This document shows, piece by piece, positions 18,754-29,048 of a stretch of DNA of 64,000 bases (the first letter of the stretch is position 1; each line of letters starts with the position of its first letter). The notes beneath the pieces were generated by a model. That model was given only the letters and a program-made list of their open reading frames with translations, was not told the origin of the DNA and did not search any database. Source of the DNA: Methanomassiliicoccales archaeon (GTDB taxonomy: Archaea; Thermoplasmatota; Thermoplasmata; RBG-16-68-12; SOIM01); the NCBI GenBank assembly GCA_004377185.1, contig SOIM01000058.1, positions 247 to 64,246 on the forward strand, given 5' to 3'. The translations under genes and the position numbers were made by a program.

Positions 18754-19935
18754 TCAATCGTAGATCCTGGCATCCGGCCAGTTGACGGTCTCCACTTCCT
18801 CTCCTCTGAGCGCTTTCTCGGCAATCTTGTGAATCTTCATTATCGTCTCAGGCGTGATGTCTTTCCCGCCCAGACCCACGATGAAGTTCAGGCATTTCGG
18901 TCTCTCATCCAAAGGATACAGAGCCCTCGTAACATCGGGAAAGAGCATGCCAGCCGTACCATATCCGATATCCCTGTCAATGACCGCAACCACCTTGGCG
19001 TTCCTGCAGACCTCGATGATCTCCTTGTCCGGGAAGGGACGGAAGACCCTTATCTTCAGCAGACCCGCGCTCTCTCCATTCTCCCTTAGCTCGTTCACGG
19101 TCCACTGGGTTGTGCTTGTCAAGGACCCCAGTCCCACGAACACGATGTCAGCATCTTCCACCATATGATTCTCAACCAACCCATAAGGACGGTCGAACAG
19201 TTCGTTGTACTCTCTGGCAACATCTTCCATCGTCTTTCTCGATTCCAAAAGGGCTTTGTGCTTCTTGTATTCAAAGTCGGGATACCAGTCTGGATATACG
19301 ACCTCTCCGAATTGAAGGGGTTCTTTCGGATCCAAAAGGGGTCTGTTGGAGCCATTGAGCTCAGGCAGGAACATGTCCGCCTGCTCTTGAGTGAGAACGT
19401 CCATCCTCTCCGCCACGTGAGAGACGATAAACCCGTCATAGCAGACCATCGCTGGCAACAGAACCTTCTCGTCCTCGCAGATCTTGTACGCCTGCAGAAT
19501 GTTATCAAACACTTCCTGGGCGTTCGCTGCGTAGATCTGAATCCAACCGCTGTCCCTGTTCACCATGCTGTCCTGATGGTCCGCCCATATGTTCACCGGC
19601 ATGGACAGCGTTCGGTTCGCGATGCACATCACCGCGGGTACCCTCATCCCTGAGGCGAAATACAGGACCTCGGACATCAGTTGCAGACCTTGGGAGGAGC
19701 TGGCGGTGAATGTCCTTGCCCCCACGAGGGACGCACCTACGACGGCTGAAAGGGCGCTGTGCTCGCTTTCCACCCGGATAATGCTTGCTTCCATTTCGCC
19801 ATTGTTTACGAATTGGGAGATGTATTCAACAGTGGAAGTCTGAGGGGTTACTGGATATGCTGCCACGACCTGCGCTCTCGCCAGTCTTGCCGCCTCAGCA
19901 GCGGCCCTGTTCCCGGTGAAGAACTGCTCAGTCAC
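18754..19935 (-). CDS. porA: Pyruvate/2-oxoacid:ferredoxin oxidoreductase alpha subunit.
   Basis: 393 aa with N-terminal AAYPVTPQTS...ESEHSALSAVVGASLVGARTFTASSSQGL, typical of PorA. Confidence 0.9.
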   Translation of the reverse strand: MTEQFFTGNRAAAEAARLARAQVVAAYPVTPQTSTVEYISQFVNNGEMEASIIRVESEHSALSAVVGASLVGARTFTASSSQGLQLMSEVLYFASGMRVPAVMCIANRTLSMPVNIWADHQDSMVNRDSGWIQIYAANAQEVFDNILQAYKICEDEKVLLPAMVCYDGFIVSHVAERMDVLTQEQADMFLPELNGSNRPLLDPKEPLQFGEVVYPDWYPDFEYKKHKALLESRKTMEDVAREYNELFDRPYGLVENHMVEDADIVFVGLGSLTSTTQWTVNELRENGESAGLLKIRVFRPFPDKEIIEVCRNAKVVAVIDRDIGYGTAGMLFPDVTRALYPLDERPKCLNFIVGLGGKDITPETIMKIHKIAEKALRGEEVETVNWPDARIYD

Positions 19936-20218
19936 TTTCCTCCCTCACCATGATTATTGCCTCTACAGGGCATTCTTCAGCGCAGATCCCGCAACCCTTG
20001 CAGTATTTGAGATTGATCTCAATCTTGTCTCCGTCCCTCTTTATGCACGCGTCCGGACAAACGAGCCAGCAGATGTCGCAGTTGGTACATTTCTCTTCAT
20101 CCACTTCGGGCCTCTCGCTTCTCCAAGCACCAGTCAGGTTGTCCTCGCTCCATCCCGGCTCGAACACCAAGGTGCTCTTGGCCTTCTTTATGAACTTCTC
20201 GTGCTTCTCCAGACCCAT
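19928..20218 (-). CDS. porD: Pyruvate:ferredoxin oxidoreductase delta subunit (2x[4Fe-4S] ferredoxin).
   Basis: Two CxxCxxCxxxCP motifs (CTNCDICWLVCP and CKGCGICAEECP). Overlaps the porA start. Confidence 0.9.
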   Translation of the reverse strand: MGLEKHEKFIKKAKSTLVFEPGWSEDNLTGAWRSERPEVDEEKCTNCDICWLVCPDACIKRDGDKIEINLKYCKGCGICAEECPVEAIIMVREESD

Positions 20219-20226
20219 TTCATTAC

Positions 20227-20811
20227 CTACAGTTTCTTGATTGAGTTGAACGCTTCCTCCGCAGCTTTCATATTATCTTCGGCAGCAGTGGGGAATCTCT
20301 TCCCAATTGCCTTTTCCACATTCTTCATTTCCACTAACTCAGTAGCCTTCGAGAAAGCTCCAAGCATAGTGGTGTTGGTTATCGGCCTGCCAAGGATCCT
20401 TGTAGAAATCTCGGTCGCGTCCAGCGTCCAGATCTCATAGCCGCTGCCTGTGAGTTTGTATCCGTACTTCCCTTCCGTCAGGACTTCCTCGATTTCGTTA
20501 GGAGAATGCTGGGTGTTGAATATCATCTTTCCCTCGCCTTCGAAACCAAGGAGTATGTTGATAAAATGCCAGATCGTGGGATCGAATACGCATAATGTCT
20601 CTGGGGTAGTGACCGCACATCTGAGAAGGATTGGCTTGTCGGATATCCTCAGCGAACAAATGGACGGCCCTCCTCTTCTCTCAGGACCAAAGGTTGGAAT
20701 GGACTGGGCATACTTCCCTCCGTGGGCAGCAGCCTCGGACAGCAGATTACCAGCGGTTACGATTCCCTGCCCTCCTCTGCCGAACAGCTTAATCTCATGA
20801 AGTTCTTCCAT
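20227..20811 (-). CDS. porG: Pyruvate:ferredoxin oxidoreductase gamma subunit.
   Basis: FGRGGQGIVTAGNLL motif of the POR gamma domain. Start placed at internal MEELHEIKLFG. Confidence 0.85.
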   Translation of the reverse strand: MEELHEIKLFGRGGQGIVTAGNLLSEAAAHGGKYAQSIPTFGPERRGGPSICSLRISDKPILLRCAVTTPETLCVFDPTIWHFINILLGFEGEGKMIFNTQHSPNEIEEVLTEGKYGYKLTGSGYEIWTLDATEISTRILGRPITNTTMLGAFSKATELVEMKNVEKAIGKRFPTAAEDNMKAAEEAFNSIKKL

Positions 20812-20862
20812 AACAGCCATCTGACAAATTTCGATGAGCATATATAAGGTTTGTTGGGTGCG

Positions 20863-22797
20863 CTAGATTGCCTTCCCAATACCTTCAATCGCGTCCGGGT
20901 TCTCGACCGAAGACAGGTCACCCAGTTCCTCGCCGAGGTACTTCGCCCTGATTATCCTCCTGACGATCTTTGCGGATCTGGTCTTGGGCAGGTCCTTTAC
21001 GAACTTCAGTTCATCTGGTCTTAGAGGTTTTCCAAGCTTGTTGGCGACCTGCGTTCTGAGCTCTTCTCTCAATTCATCGCTTGCCGAGAAGCCCGGTGTC
21101 AGAACGACGAAGGTGATCACCGCTTCCCCCTTGATGTCGTGCGGAACACCAATGGCCGCAGCTTCCGAAACCGCATCATGGTCAATCAAAGCAGATTCGA
21201 CCTCAGCCGGGCCAGTTCGCCTACCAGCAACTTTGATGACGTCATCTGACCTTCCATGCAATGACCAAAACCCATCCTCATCCACATATGCCCAATCGCC
21301 ATGATACCAAACATCTGGCCATTCGGACCAATATGTCTCTATGTACCTATCAGGATCCTTCCAGAATCCTCTCGTCATCGATGGTGAGGGCTTAAGAGCT
21401 ACCAAATGCCCCATCTGCTGTCTAACAGGTTTTCCCTCATCATCGAAGCAATCGATTGCCATACCCAGGCCAGGGCCTCTGAGGGTGCACGGTTTCAAGG
21501 CCGTGATAGGTAACGGTGAGAGGAAACAGCCCACGATCTCAGTCCCACCAGAGATGTTGATTATCGGCAACTTCCTCTTTCCTATGACCTCGAAGAACCA
21601 GTTCCAGGATTCTGGGTCCCACGGTTCTCCCGTCGAGCCAAGAAATTTCAAACTGCTCAGGTCGTGCTTCGTGACCCACTCATCTCCGAACCTCATGAGC
21701 ATTCGGATGGCAGTTGGTGATACCCCAAGGTGGGTGATCTTGTGCCTCTCAATCATATCCCACAACCTGTCTGGCTCCGGATGGTTCGGAGCTCCTTCAA
21801 AGATGAACAGGCTGCCACCCAGACTATGCACACCAATAATCTCCCAAGGACCCATCATCCAGCCGATGTCGCTGAGCCAGAAGAACATAGTGTCCTGCTT
21901 TACGTCGAAGAAATAGCCCAATTCCTTCACGATCTGTGCCAGGCAACCACCGTGAGTGTGTACTGCCCCTTTCGGTTTTCCCGTTGTTCCAGAAGTGTAG
22001 ATTAGAAGCGCGTAGTCCTCGGAATCCATCCTCTCGGTCGGGCAGTCCGCGGGTTGGTTCTCCAGGAAATCGTCCCACCAGACGTCCCTCTTTTCGTTCC
22101 ACGGAGTCTCGATCCCCAGCCTCTTCAACACAACAACTCTCTCAACAGATGGTAGGTTCTCCAGCGCCCTGTCTGCTTCGGGTTTGATGGATATCTGTCT
22201 TCCTCTACGATAAGAGCCATCGGCCGTGAAGAGAACCTTGGATTCTGCATCTGCCAGACGAGAAGCGAGAGCGGTGCCGCCATAGCCGGAGAATACTGGG
22301 ATGACGACAGCACCTATCTTCATCACCGCATAGAAGGCGATCACGATCTCCATGGACATGGGCATGTAGATACCTACAGTGTCCCCTTTTCTGACGCCCT
22401 CGGCCCTGAGCGCATTGGCGCATCTGTTCACCTGTTCGTACATATCGTGATAGGTCATCTTCCGGATTTCCCCGTCCTCCCCTTCCCATACCAGTGCGGT
22501 GTGACCCTTGAGATCGGAGTCAGCGTGCTTGTCGATGCAGTTGTGGACCACGTTCACCTTTCCGCCCAGATACCATTTGGCCCATTGTATTCCTTTCGAA
22601 GTGTCCAAGACTTGATGATAGGGTTCGTACCATTCGATGTTCAGGTCCTCCATGATCGCGTCCCAAAACCACTCTAGTTCATCGGTGGAGCGTTTTATGA
22701 GCTCGTCATAGTCCTTGATCCCGTGCTTGTCCATGAAGCGCTTGATGTTGGAATCATCCACGTAGTCCCCTGTAGGTTCCCAGACAATTTCAGACAT
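20863..22797 (-). CDS. acs: Acetyl-CoA synthetase (AMP-forming).
   Basis: 644 aa with AMP-binding motifs YTSGTTGKPKG and GWMMGPW, a C-terminal lid, and the conserved N-terminus EPTGDYVDDSNIKRFMDKHGI. Confidence 0.9.
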   Translation of the reverse strand: MSEIVWEPTGDYVDDSNIKRFMDKHGIKDYDELIKRSTDELEWFWDAIMEDLNIEWYEPYHQVLDTSKGIQWAKWYLGGKVNVVHNCIDKHADSDLKGHTALVWEGEDGEIRKMTYHDMYEQVNRCANALRAEGVRKGDTVGIYMPMSMEIVIAFYAVMKIGAVVIPVFSGYGGTALASRLADAESKVLFTADGSYRRGRQISIKPEADRALENLPSVERVVVLKRLGIETPWNEKRDVWWDDFLENQPADCPTERMDSEDYALLIYTSGTTGKPKGAVHTHGGCLAQIVKELGYFFDVKQDTMFFWLSDIGWMMGPWEIIGVHSLGGSLFIFEGAPNHPEPDRLWDMIERHKITHLGVSPTAIRMLMRFGDEWVTKHDLSSLKFLGSTGEPWDPESWNWFFEVIGKRKLPIINISGGTEIVGCFLSPLPITALKPCTLRGPGLGMAIDCFDDEGKPVRQQMGHLVALKPSPSMTRGFWKDPDRYIETYWSEWPDVWYHGDWAYVDEDGFWSLHGRSDDVIKVAGRRTGPAEVESALIDHDAVSEAAAIGVPHDIKGEAVITFVVLTPGFSASDELREELRTQVANKLGKPLRPDELKFVKDLPKTRSAKIVRRIIRAKYLGEELGDLSSVENPDAIEGIGKAI

Positions 22798-22898
22798 GAA
22801 TGGCCTCCCTTCATTTGTAAGAGAAATCTGGTATATTAACGCTATTGAGATTCACAGGAAATAGAAGTTGAACTTCCCTTTGTCACAACCTAAGAGAA

Positions 22899-25800
22899 TT
22901 ATCCTCTGTCGGCAACGATTTCCAAAGCATATGAAATCTCACCAGAATCGTCATCGAAAAGTGTGAGCACTAGATTGTAAGTACCTCTGTCCCAGTAAGC
23001 ATGTCGTACACTATCGGTGACCAGAACAGGATACACTCCCTCGGAACTTGGGTAGGGATCTGGATTCACGCCATCATTGTAGTATATATGACTCTCAAGA
23101 GTCCCATCTCCGAAGTCCCAAAGGAAAGCAAGGTCATCGCTGCCTGGATCACTCCCAGTCGCTGAGAAATCTACCAACGCAGCAGGCACTCCATCTCCGT
23201 TGTTCAGAGCGTCCGCTATGTCCTTTGCTCTTTCCAGTTCTGTTGTATCGTTAGTGTTCAGGATTATTTCCTCTGTTTCTTGAAGAGCCTCGGCCACAGT
23301 CGTTGCGTCCGTCAGATTGGGCAGATTGACAGGTGTCGACATTGACAATCCTTTCTTCACGACGATGTTGGACAGCAGAGCTAAGGCTTGTTGCTTGGCC
23401 TTGACGAGCATGTCATCTTCGCTTTCTTGAAAGAGAAGGGAACAATACTCCTCTCTGGATTGAAGAGTGAAAACTTGGGAATGATTGACTATTTCCGTCA
23501 CGTCTTTGCCTGTTATCCCAACATGATCTGCATATGGCTCTTCGATTGTGCACTGATGAGACCAATATCCTTTTGTTCGGGGATCGGTGTAATTTGCCGT
23601 ATAATTCGTGAATTCGATTGTAGGTGGCAGATTCTTAACGAGAACGTGAGCTTCGTCGTAGGCAACGTTGCCAGCTTCATCCACTACCCTCAAGGTGACA
23701 GTATAGTTGCCGTCGTCACCATACCGGAAAATCGGAGTTGGCCCCATTGCATCCACATCATTGGTGAGGTTTCCGTCCCCGTCAGAATCGAGGTAGTTGT
23801 TCATGTCCCATTCGTACGACTCTATTGCTACCCGTCCTAGAACAGTTCTTGCGTAATAGACCTCATATTCTCCTTCCCTGTTATCTATCCAAACCACATG
23901 GGAGTGCCCGTACTCATCAACGCCAAGTGATGGCCCTCCTTGCCAGGTATCATTTCTGCCGTGATTAGTTACGAGGACCCGACGAGAAGAATTATGCTGG
24001 CCTTCCTCAAACTCTGAGAACCATACGTTGTAGTCTTTGCTTGACTTGAAGAATTCTATCCACGCGATTCTGGGAATATCGTCGGGACCAATCGCTATCG
24101 ATGCCATGACAAGGTGTGCGCCCGTTCTGGCATGTTCATCACTTCTAACAAAGATACTTTCCTCGAACGTAGTACCTCCATCATTGGATTTGGAATACAT
24201 CAGTCTTTGAGTGACTTCATGGTAACTCCTTTCAAGCCACACAACATGAGGATTCCCAGAGGAATCAACATCCATGCTACCGATAACTTCATCCATTTTT
24301 CCCGTTTCCCCGTGCACTTTCAAGTTGGCACTGAAGGTTAATCCCCCGTCCTCGGATTTGGAATAGAAGACGTCAAGTTGGGCGTCTTCTCCAATCCTTC
24401 GCCCTGGCCACGCCACATGTATATTGTCGAATCTGTCAACAACCATTCTTGAAAGGAGACAACGAAGGCTAGCGTCTGACACGTCAAGGTCAGTCACCCG
24501 AGTAAGTTTTCCAAAGGACATTCCGCTGTCTTCTGATGTTAAATGATAGAGGTATTCCTTCATTCCAAGAGTCAACAAATGGATATTTCTTTCACTATCG
24601 ACCGAAAGTCCGCAAGAAATGTTCTGCAATAGCACGATGTGAGGCTCGTCGAAAGAAGCCCCGCCGTTCGTAGACTTGCTATAGAATATTGCCGAGCGAT
24701 ATCCACCTTCATCCACGCTTGTCCACACGACGTGAATCGTCCCGTCATCGTCAAGATCAAATCTGGGATTGAGCGTAGTCGCACCTGATTGTATCTTTGT
24801 CACGTTCATTATTTGGACATTTGGACCAAAAGTGAGACCACCGTCTACAGACTTGGAGTAAAAAAGGACAGCGTACATACTATGTTCAGCCGATTCCGTC
24901 CATATGGTATGGATTGTCCCGTTCTTGTCAATATGCATTTGAGGCTCACGGTGGAATCCTAAGAAGTGAGGATGATCCTCGCTCACCCTTAGGTTCTCGG
25001 AGAATATCCTTTCTACCCAGGAACCTACTGAATAAGAGCCGTCAAATTTCGCTGTCTCACCTTCAAATATTGTTTGATTTGGCCCAGCATCAGCTATTGG
25101 CCCTCCACAAGCACCAATAAGAATCTCAGCTGGCCCGATTCCATAGTACTTCGAAAAATTCACTTCATAAAACCAAATGTAGTACAAACCGGCAGGCACT
25201 TGTTCGCCCGAGGGTGGCACGGGAGGCGGTCCAAGCTCATATATCTGATATGTCTGGTTCCACACACCAGTTTGCGGACCCTCGAAATAGTACATTTGAT
25301 CAGCACGATTGACAGGCTTCACTATGGATTCATTCTTCTCATTCGTGATCGCGTAAAACAGTTCCGGAAAAGATCCAACTGCGGGTACCCAGATTCTACC
25401 CTCCACTGTGATAACAACATCTTCCCCAATTTCATAGCAATATTTGTCGGTTGACACTTCGATTGTCTCAGGGCCCTCACAGCCTCCTATTCTGAATTCC
25501 TTCGAATTTCCGATCAGGTGCACTTCGTCACCCACCCTCATTCTCCCTCCGGCCCACGCATTGTAAATCCCCTCTGGAACCTGCTCCCAACTTGGGGGTA
25601 ACATGTAAAACTCATCACCTTCCTCGCCCAAAGAATAGATGAGGTATGTCTGGTTCCAGACAAAATCCACACTTTCTCCAGGTTCCAATAGGAAATCGTC
25701 GACCACAATAGTCGCAACTATGATCATTACCGGTTCCATTCTCACCCAAGAACCATTGATGCCTGAGATCGTGTAGTAGGGATTCATCTGGTCGTCCCAA

Positions 25801-26027
25801 ATCGAGTGGTCAGGCCAAGAGGGTGGTACTCCTAGAAATGCAATCGTCTCATCTCCTGTGTTGGTAAGTGTTATCGTAACCATTTCACCCAAAGCATAGC
25901 AGTCCTTGTCCGTAGTTACCGTAACAGAGGCTTCATCCAATCCCACCTCCTCATGGAGATAGAACATGGGAAACAAGAGTAGCCCTACTATAGCAATGCA
26001 CATGAACACTACACGTCTGTAGATCAT
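22899..26027 (-). CDS. Giant secreted protein with BNR/Asp-box repeats and a C-terminal PKD-like module.
   Basis: 1042 aa with an N-terminal signal/TM and at least five S-x-D-x-G-x-(T/S)-F repeats (YSKSVDGGLTFG, YSKSTNGGASF, TSEDSGMSFG, YSKSEDGGLTFS, YSKSNDGGTTFE). The C-terminus GSDPGSDDLAFLWDFGDG...YYNDGVNPDPYPS matches the module in the 1-2421 protein. Confidence 0.7.
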   Translation of the reverse strand: MIYRRVVFMCIAIVGLLLFPMFYLHEEVGLDEASVTVTTDKDCYALGEMVTITLTNTGDETIAFLGVPPSWPDHSIWDDQMNPYYTISGINGSWVRMEPVMIIVATIVVDDFLLEPGESVDFVWNQTYLIYSLGEEGDEFYMLPPSWEQVPEGIYNAWAGGRMRVGDEVHLIGNSKEFRIGGCEGPETIEVSTDKYCYEIGEDVVITVEGRIWVPAVGSFPELFYAITNEKNESIVKPVNRADQMYYFEGPQTGVWNQTYQIYELGPPPVPPSGEQVPAGLYYIWFYEVNFSKYYGIGPAEILIGACGGPIADAGPNQTIFEGETAKFDGSYSVGSWVERIFSENLRVSEDHPHFLGFHREPQMHIDKNGTIHTIWTESAEHSMYAVLFYSKSVDGGLTFGPNVQIMNVTKIQSGATTLNPRFDLDDDGTIHVVWTSVDEGGYRSAIFYSKSTNGGASFDEPHIVLLQNISCGLSVDSERNIHLLTLGMKEYLYHLTSEDSGMSFGKLTRVTDLDVSDASLRCLLSRMVVDRFDNIHVAWPGRRIGEDAQLDVFYSKSEDGGLTFSANLKVHGETGKMDEVIGSMDVDSSGNPHVVWLERSYHEVTQRLMYSKSNDGGTTFEESIFVRSDEHARTGAHLVMASIAIGPDDIPRIAWIEFFKSSKDYNVWFSEFEEGQHNSSRRVLVTNHGRNDTWQGGPSLGVDEYGHSHVVWIDNREGEYEVYYARTVLGRVAIESYEWDMNNYLDSDGDGNLTNDVDAMGPTPIFRYGDDGNYTVTLRVVDEAGNVAYDEAHVLVKNLPPTIEFTNYTANYTDPRTKGYWSHQCTIEEPYADHVGITGKDVTEIVNHSQVFTLQSREEYCSLLFQESEDDMLVKAKQQALALLSNIVVKKGLSMSTPVNLPNLTDATTVAEALQETEEIILNTNDTTELERAKDIADALNNGDGVPAALVDFSATGSDPGSDDLAFLWDFGDGTLESHIYYNDGVNPDPYPSSEGVYPVLVTDSVRHAYWDRGTYNLVLTLFDDDSGEISYALEIVADRG

Positions 26028-26152
26028 TCTTCCCTCCCTCTTCTCGTCCCAGTATGTTTGAAAAGATATGAAAACCGGCAGTATAATACACTTTCGTTTT
26101 GAGGTGGCATGATTGTCTTGAAGATTGGCTAAGCAAGTGGAATAGATCTTAC

Positions 26153-27277
26153 CTACTCGATTTCCTTGATTCTCCTTGCGATCGCAGTCCCAACCTCACT
26201 GCATTTCGAGCTTCCGCCCAAATCATAGGTCAGGACCTTCCCTTCTTCTAAAACATCCACGATGGCTTGTCCCACTTTCTTAGCAGCGGCCATCAGATTG
26301 TGGTCGTTCTTCTGCGACCCAATCCAATCAAGCATCATCTTCGTTGCGGATATGGCCGCAACGGGATTCACCTTGTCCTTTCCAGCATGCCTCGGAGCAC
26401 TGCCGTGAATTGGTTCGAACATGGCATGATAGTCCCCTATATTGCCGCCCGCTGCCATACCCATCCCTCCTTCCAGAACGCTGGCCAGGTCGGTCGCGAT
26501 ATCTCCGAACATGTTGGGGCAGACCGCGACATCAAACCATTCAGGGTTTCGAATGATCCACTGCGTGAAGGCATCGATGTAGGCGTAGTCCTTGTTCACC
26601 TCAGGGTATTTCTCCGCGATCTCGTCATAGACCCGCCTGAACAATCTGCAGCCGGCCATCACATTGCTCTTGTCCACGCACGTCACCCGCTTCTTTCCAT
26701 CATGCGGAGCACCGTTCCTTCTCATGCAAAGCTCGAAGGCGAATTTGATCACCCTCTTTGCCCCCTTTCGAGTGATGACCCTGGAATCCACCGCCAATTC
26801 CTGGATTCCGCCCCTCTCCAGATATCCGCGAGCTGGGGTATAGCAGCCCTCGGTGTTCTCCCTCACCGTCACGAAATCGACCTTTCCAGGCTTCCATACG
26901 CTCCTGAACTCGTTCGAGATCTTCTGTTTAACGTTGGGTAGGAGCTTGGTCGGGCGGACGTTCGCGTACAGGTCCAGGCCGAATCTCAGACCGAAGACAA
27001 CGGATGTCCCTGCCAAGTCACCGCTGGGCAGAACGGCCTCAGGATAACCGATGGCGCCCAACAGTATCGCGTCCGCTTCTTTCTTGCAGACCTCGAAGGC
27101 TTCTTCAGGCCACTCTTCTCCGCTCTCCAGATAGTACTCCCCCCCACAAGGATATGTCAGCCTCTCGAAATCCAAGGGAAAGCCCTCTTCTATTGCCTCC
27201 AAGATTTTGATGGCTTCCCAAATGACCTCTTTGCCGATCCCATCGCCGGGCAGGACGACAATCTTGTACTTGCTCAT
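26153..27277 (-). CDS. 3-isopropylmalate / homoisocitrate dehydrogenase family (beta-decarboxylating).
   Basis: IVVLPGDGIGKEV N-terminus and the IDH/IMDH family fold. Distal gene of the leuA-C-D-B-like cluster. Confidence 0.85.
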   Translation of the reverse strand: MSKYKIVVLPGDGIGKEVIWEAIKILEAIEEGFPLDFERLTYPCGGEYYLESGEEWPEEAFEVCKKEADAILLGAIGYPEAVLPSGDLAGTSVVFGLRFGLDLYANVRPTKLLPNVKQKISNEFRSVWKPGKVDFVTVRENTEGCYTPARGYLERGGIQELAVDSRVITRKGAKRVIKFAFELCMRRNGAPHDGKKRVTCVDKSNVMAGCRLFRRVYDEIAEKYPEVNKDYAYIDAFTQWIIRNPEWFDVAVCPNMFGDIATDLASVLEGGMGMAAGGNIGDYHAMFEPIHGSAPRHAGKDKVNPVAAISATKMMLDWIGSQKNDHNLMAAAKKVGQAIVDVLEEGKVLTYDLGGSSKCSEVGTAIARRIKEIE

Positions 27278-27777
27278 CCTCTTTCCCCCAATATCAGCTT
27301 GACCTTCTCAACAAGACCTCCCGCTTCCAATATCCCTAGTACGTTCTCAGGTAGCGGGTTCGTCTTGATAATATTTCCTGAAGATGTCTCGATTTCGCCC
27401 TTCTCGAGATCGACTTTGATTTCATCTGCTTCCTCCACGGCATCATAGAGCTCACTGCTTTCCAGAACAGAAAGTCCCACATTGATCGCATTCCTGAAGA
27501 ATATCCTGGCAAAGGATTTCGCAACGACGAGGGACACGCCCGCTGCCTTGAGAGCGACGGGTGCGTGCTCCCTGCTTGACCCACATCCGAAGTTCCTGCC
27601 GGCCACGATGATGTCTCCTTTCTGCACTCTATCTGGGAAATCTGGCTTCTTGTTTTCCAGTACGTGCTTTGCGAGTTCTTCTGGGTTCTGGATGGTGAGA
27701 TAGGGACTAGGGGTGATGTCATCCGTATTGATGTTGTCTCCGAACTTCCAGATCTTGCCAGAGAATGTTGTCTCCAT
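27274..27777 (-). CDS. Aconitase-family small subunit (LeuD / homoaconitase small subunit).
   Basis: GDNINTDDITP and IVAGRNFGCGSSREHA motifs. Start probably at internal METTFSGKIW. Confidence 0.85.
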   Translation of the reverse strand: METTFSGKIWKFGDNINTDDITPSPYLTIQNPEELAKHVLENKKPDFPDRVQKGDIIVAGRNFGCGSSREHAPVALKAAGVSLVVAKSFARIFFRNAINVGLSVLESSELYDAVEEADEIKVDLEKGEIETSSGNIIKTNPLPENVLGILEAGGLVEKVKLILGERG

Positions 27778-27778
27778 C

Positions 27779-29047
27779 TTACACACTCCTTGGATCCGTT
27801 ATTTCGCCATACAACGCGGAGGCTGCCACGGTCCACGGGGAACCCAAATACACAAAGGATTCAGGACTGCCCATTCTCGCCACGAAATTCCTGTTTGTAG
27901 AGCTTATACAAGCCTCTCCAGCGGCCAGCAGACCACCGTGACCTCCGAAACAAGGACCGCAACTGGGAGCGCATATCGTCGCATTCGCGTCCAGGAATAT
28001 GTCAAACAGACCCTCTTCCATCGCCTGCATGTAGATACTCTGAGAAGCGGGCATGACGATCATTCTGACATCTTTGTGTACCTTCTCCCCTTTGAGTATT
28101 TCTGCAGCCGCCCTCAGATCTTCTATCCTTCCGTTCGTACAAGAGCCCAGGAAGGCCTGCTGCACCTTCACGTTCTTGAGCTCGCTCACACCCTTCACGT
28201 TGTCCACATTGGGAGGGCAGGCAACCTGCGGTTCCAGATCAGTGATATCGAATTCCCTTTCTTCCTGGTACTCCGCGTCCTCATCGGAAAGGACGGGTTC
28301 GTATTGCTTTCCCGTCCATGACAGATATTCTCTGGTTTTGTCGTCTGGAGCTATGATTCCTGTCTTAGCCCCCATCTCGGTGGTCATGTTGCAGATCGCT
28401 AAACGATGAAAGATTCCGATTGATTCTATCGTTGAACCAGTGAATTCGACCGCCTTGTAGATCGCTCCGTCAACCTTGAAGTCTCTGATAACCTTTAGAA
28501 TGATGTCCTTACCGTCCATCCTGTTGCCCAGGGACCCATTCACAACCACCTTGACATTCTCAGGAACCTTCAGCCAGAGTTCTCCAAGAGCGAATACTGC
28601 CGCCATCTCGGTGAAACCTATTCCAGTGGCAAAAGCTCCCAGAGCACCTGTTGTAGGGGTGTGCGAATCCGTACCGACCACAAGCATTCCAGGCAACACC
28701 CAACCGCCTTCGGCCAGGATCTGATGCGCAATCCCTCCTCTCCCTACGTCCAAGAAATTGTCGATGCCTTGTTCTCGTACGAACTTCCTTATTGCCTTGT
28801 GAAGGCTGGCGCTCCTGACGTCAGATGCAGGGACCCAGTGATCTAGAATCACGACGATCTTGTCCTTGTCCCAGACCTTCTCAGCACCCATCTCCTCGAA
28901 TGCCGAAATCACGAACGTACAGGCCTCATGGCTCATGGCCAGGTCTACCTTCGCATCGACTATATCCCCTGGCCTAACGCTTTCCTTGCCGCTTGCTTTT
29001 GCAAGTATCTTCTCTGAAAGGGTCATTCCCATAATACATACCTTCAA
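27779..29047 (-). CDS. Aconitase-family large subunit (LeuC / homoaconitase large subunit).
   Basis: LAMSHEAC, GIAHQILAEGG, GTDSHTPTTGALGAF and FLGSCTNGRIEDL motifs with the three cluster cysteines. Confidence 0.85.
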   Translation of the reverse strand: MKVCIMGMTLSEKILAKASGKESVRPGDIVDAKVDLAMSHEACTFVISAFEEMGAEKVWDKDKIVVILDHWVPASDVRSASLHKAIRKFVREQGIDNFLDVGRGGIAHQILAEGGWVLPGMLVVGTDSHTPTTGALGAFATGIGFTEMAAVFALGELWLKVPENVKVVVNGSLGNRMDGKDIILKVIRDFKVDGAIYKAVEFTGSTIESIGIFHRLAICNMTTEMGAKTGIIAPDDKTREYLSWTGKQYEPVLSDEDAEYQEEREFDITDLEPQVACPPNVDNVKGVSELKNVKVQQAFLGSCTNGRIEDLRAAAEILKGEKVHKDVRMIVMPASQSIYMQAMEEGLFDIFLDANATICAPSCGPCFGGHGGLLAAGEACISSTNRNFVARMGSPESFVYLGSPWTVAASALYGEITDPRSV

Positions 29048-29048
29048 T

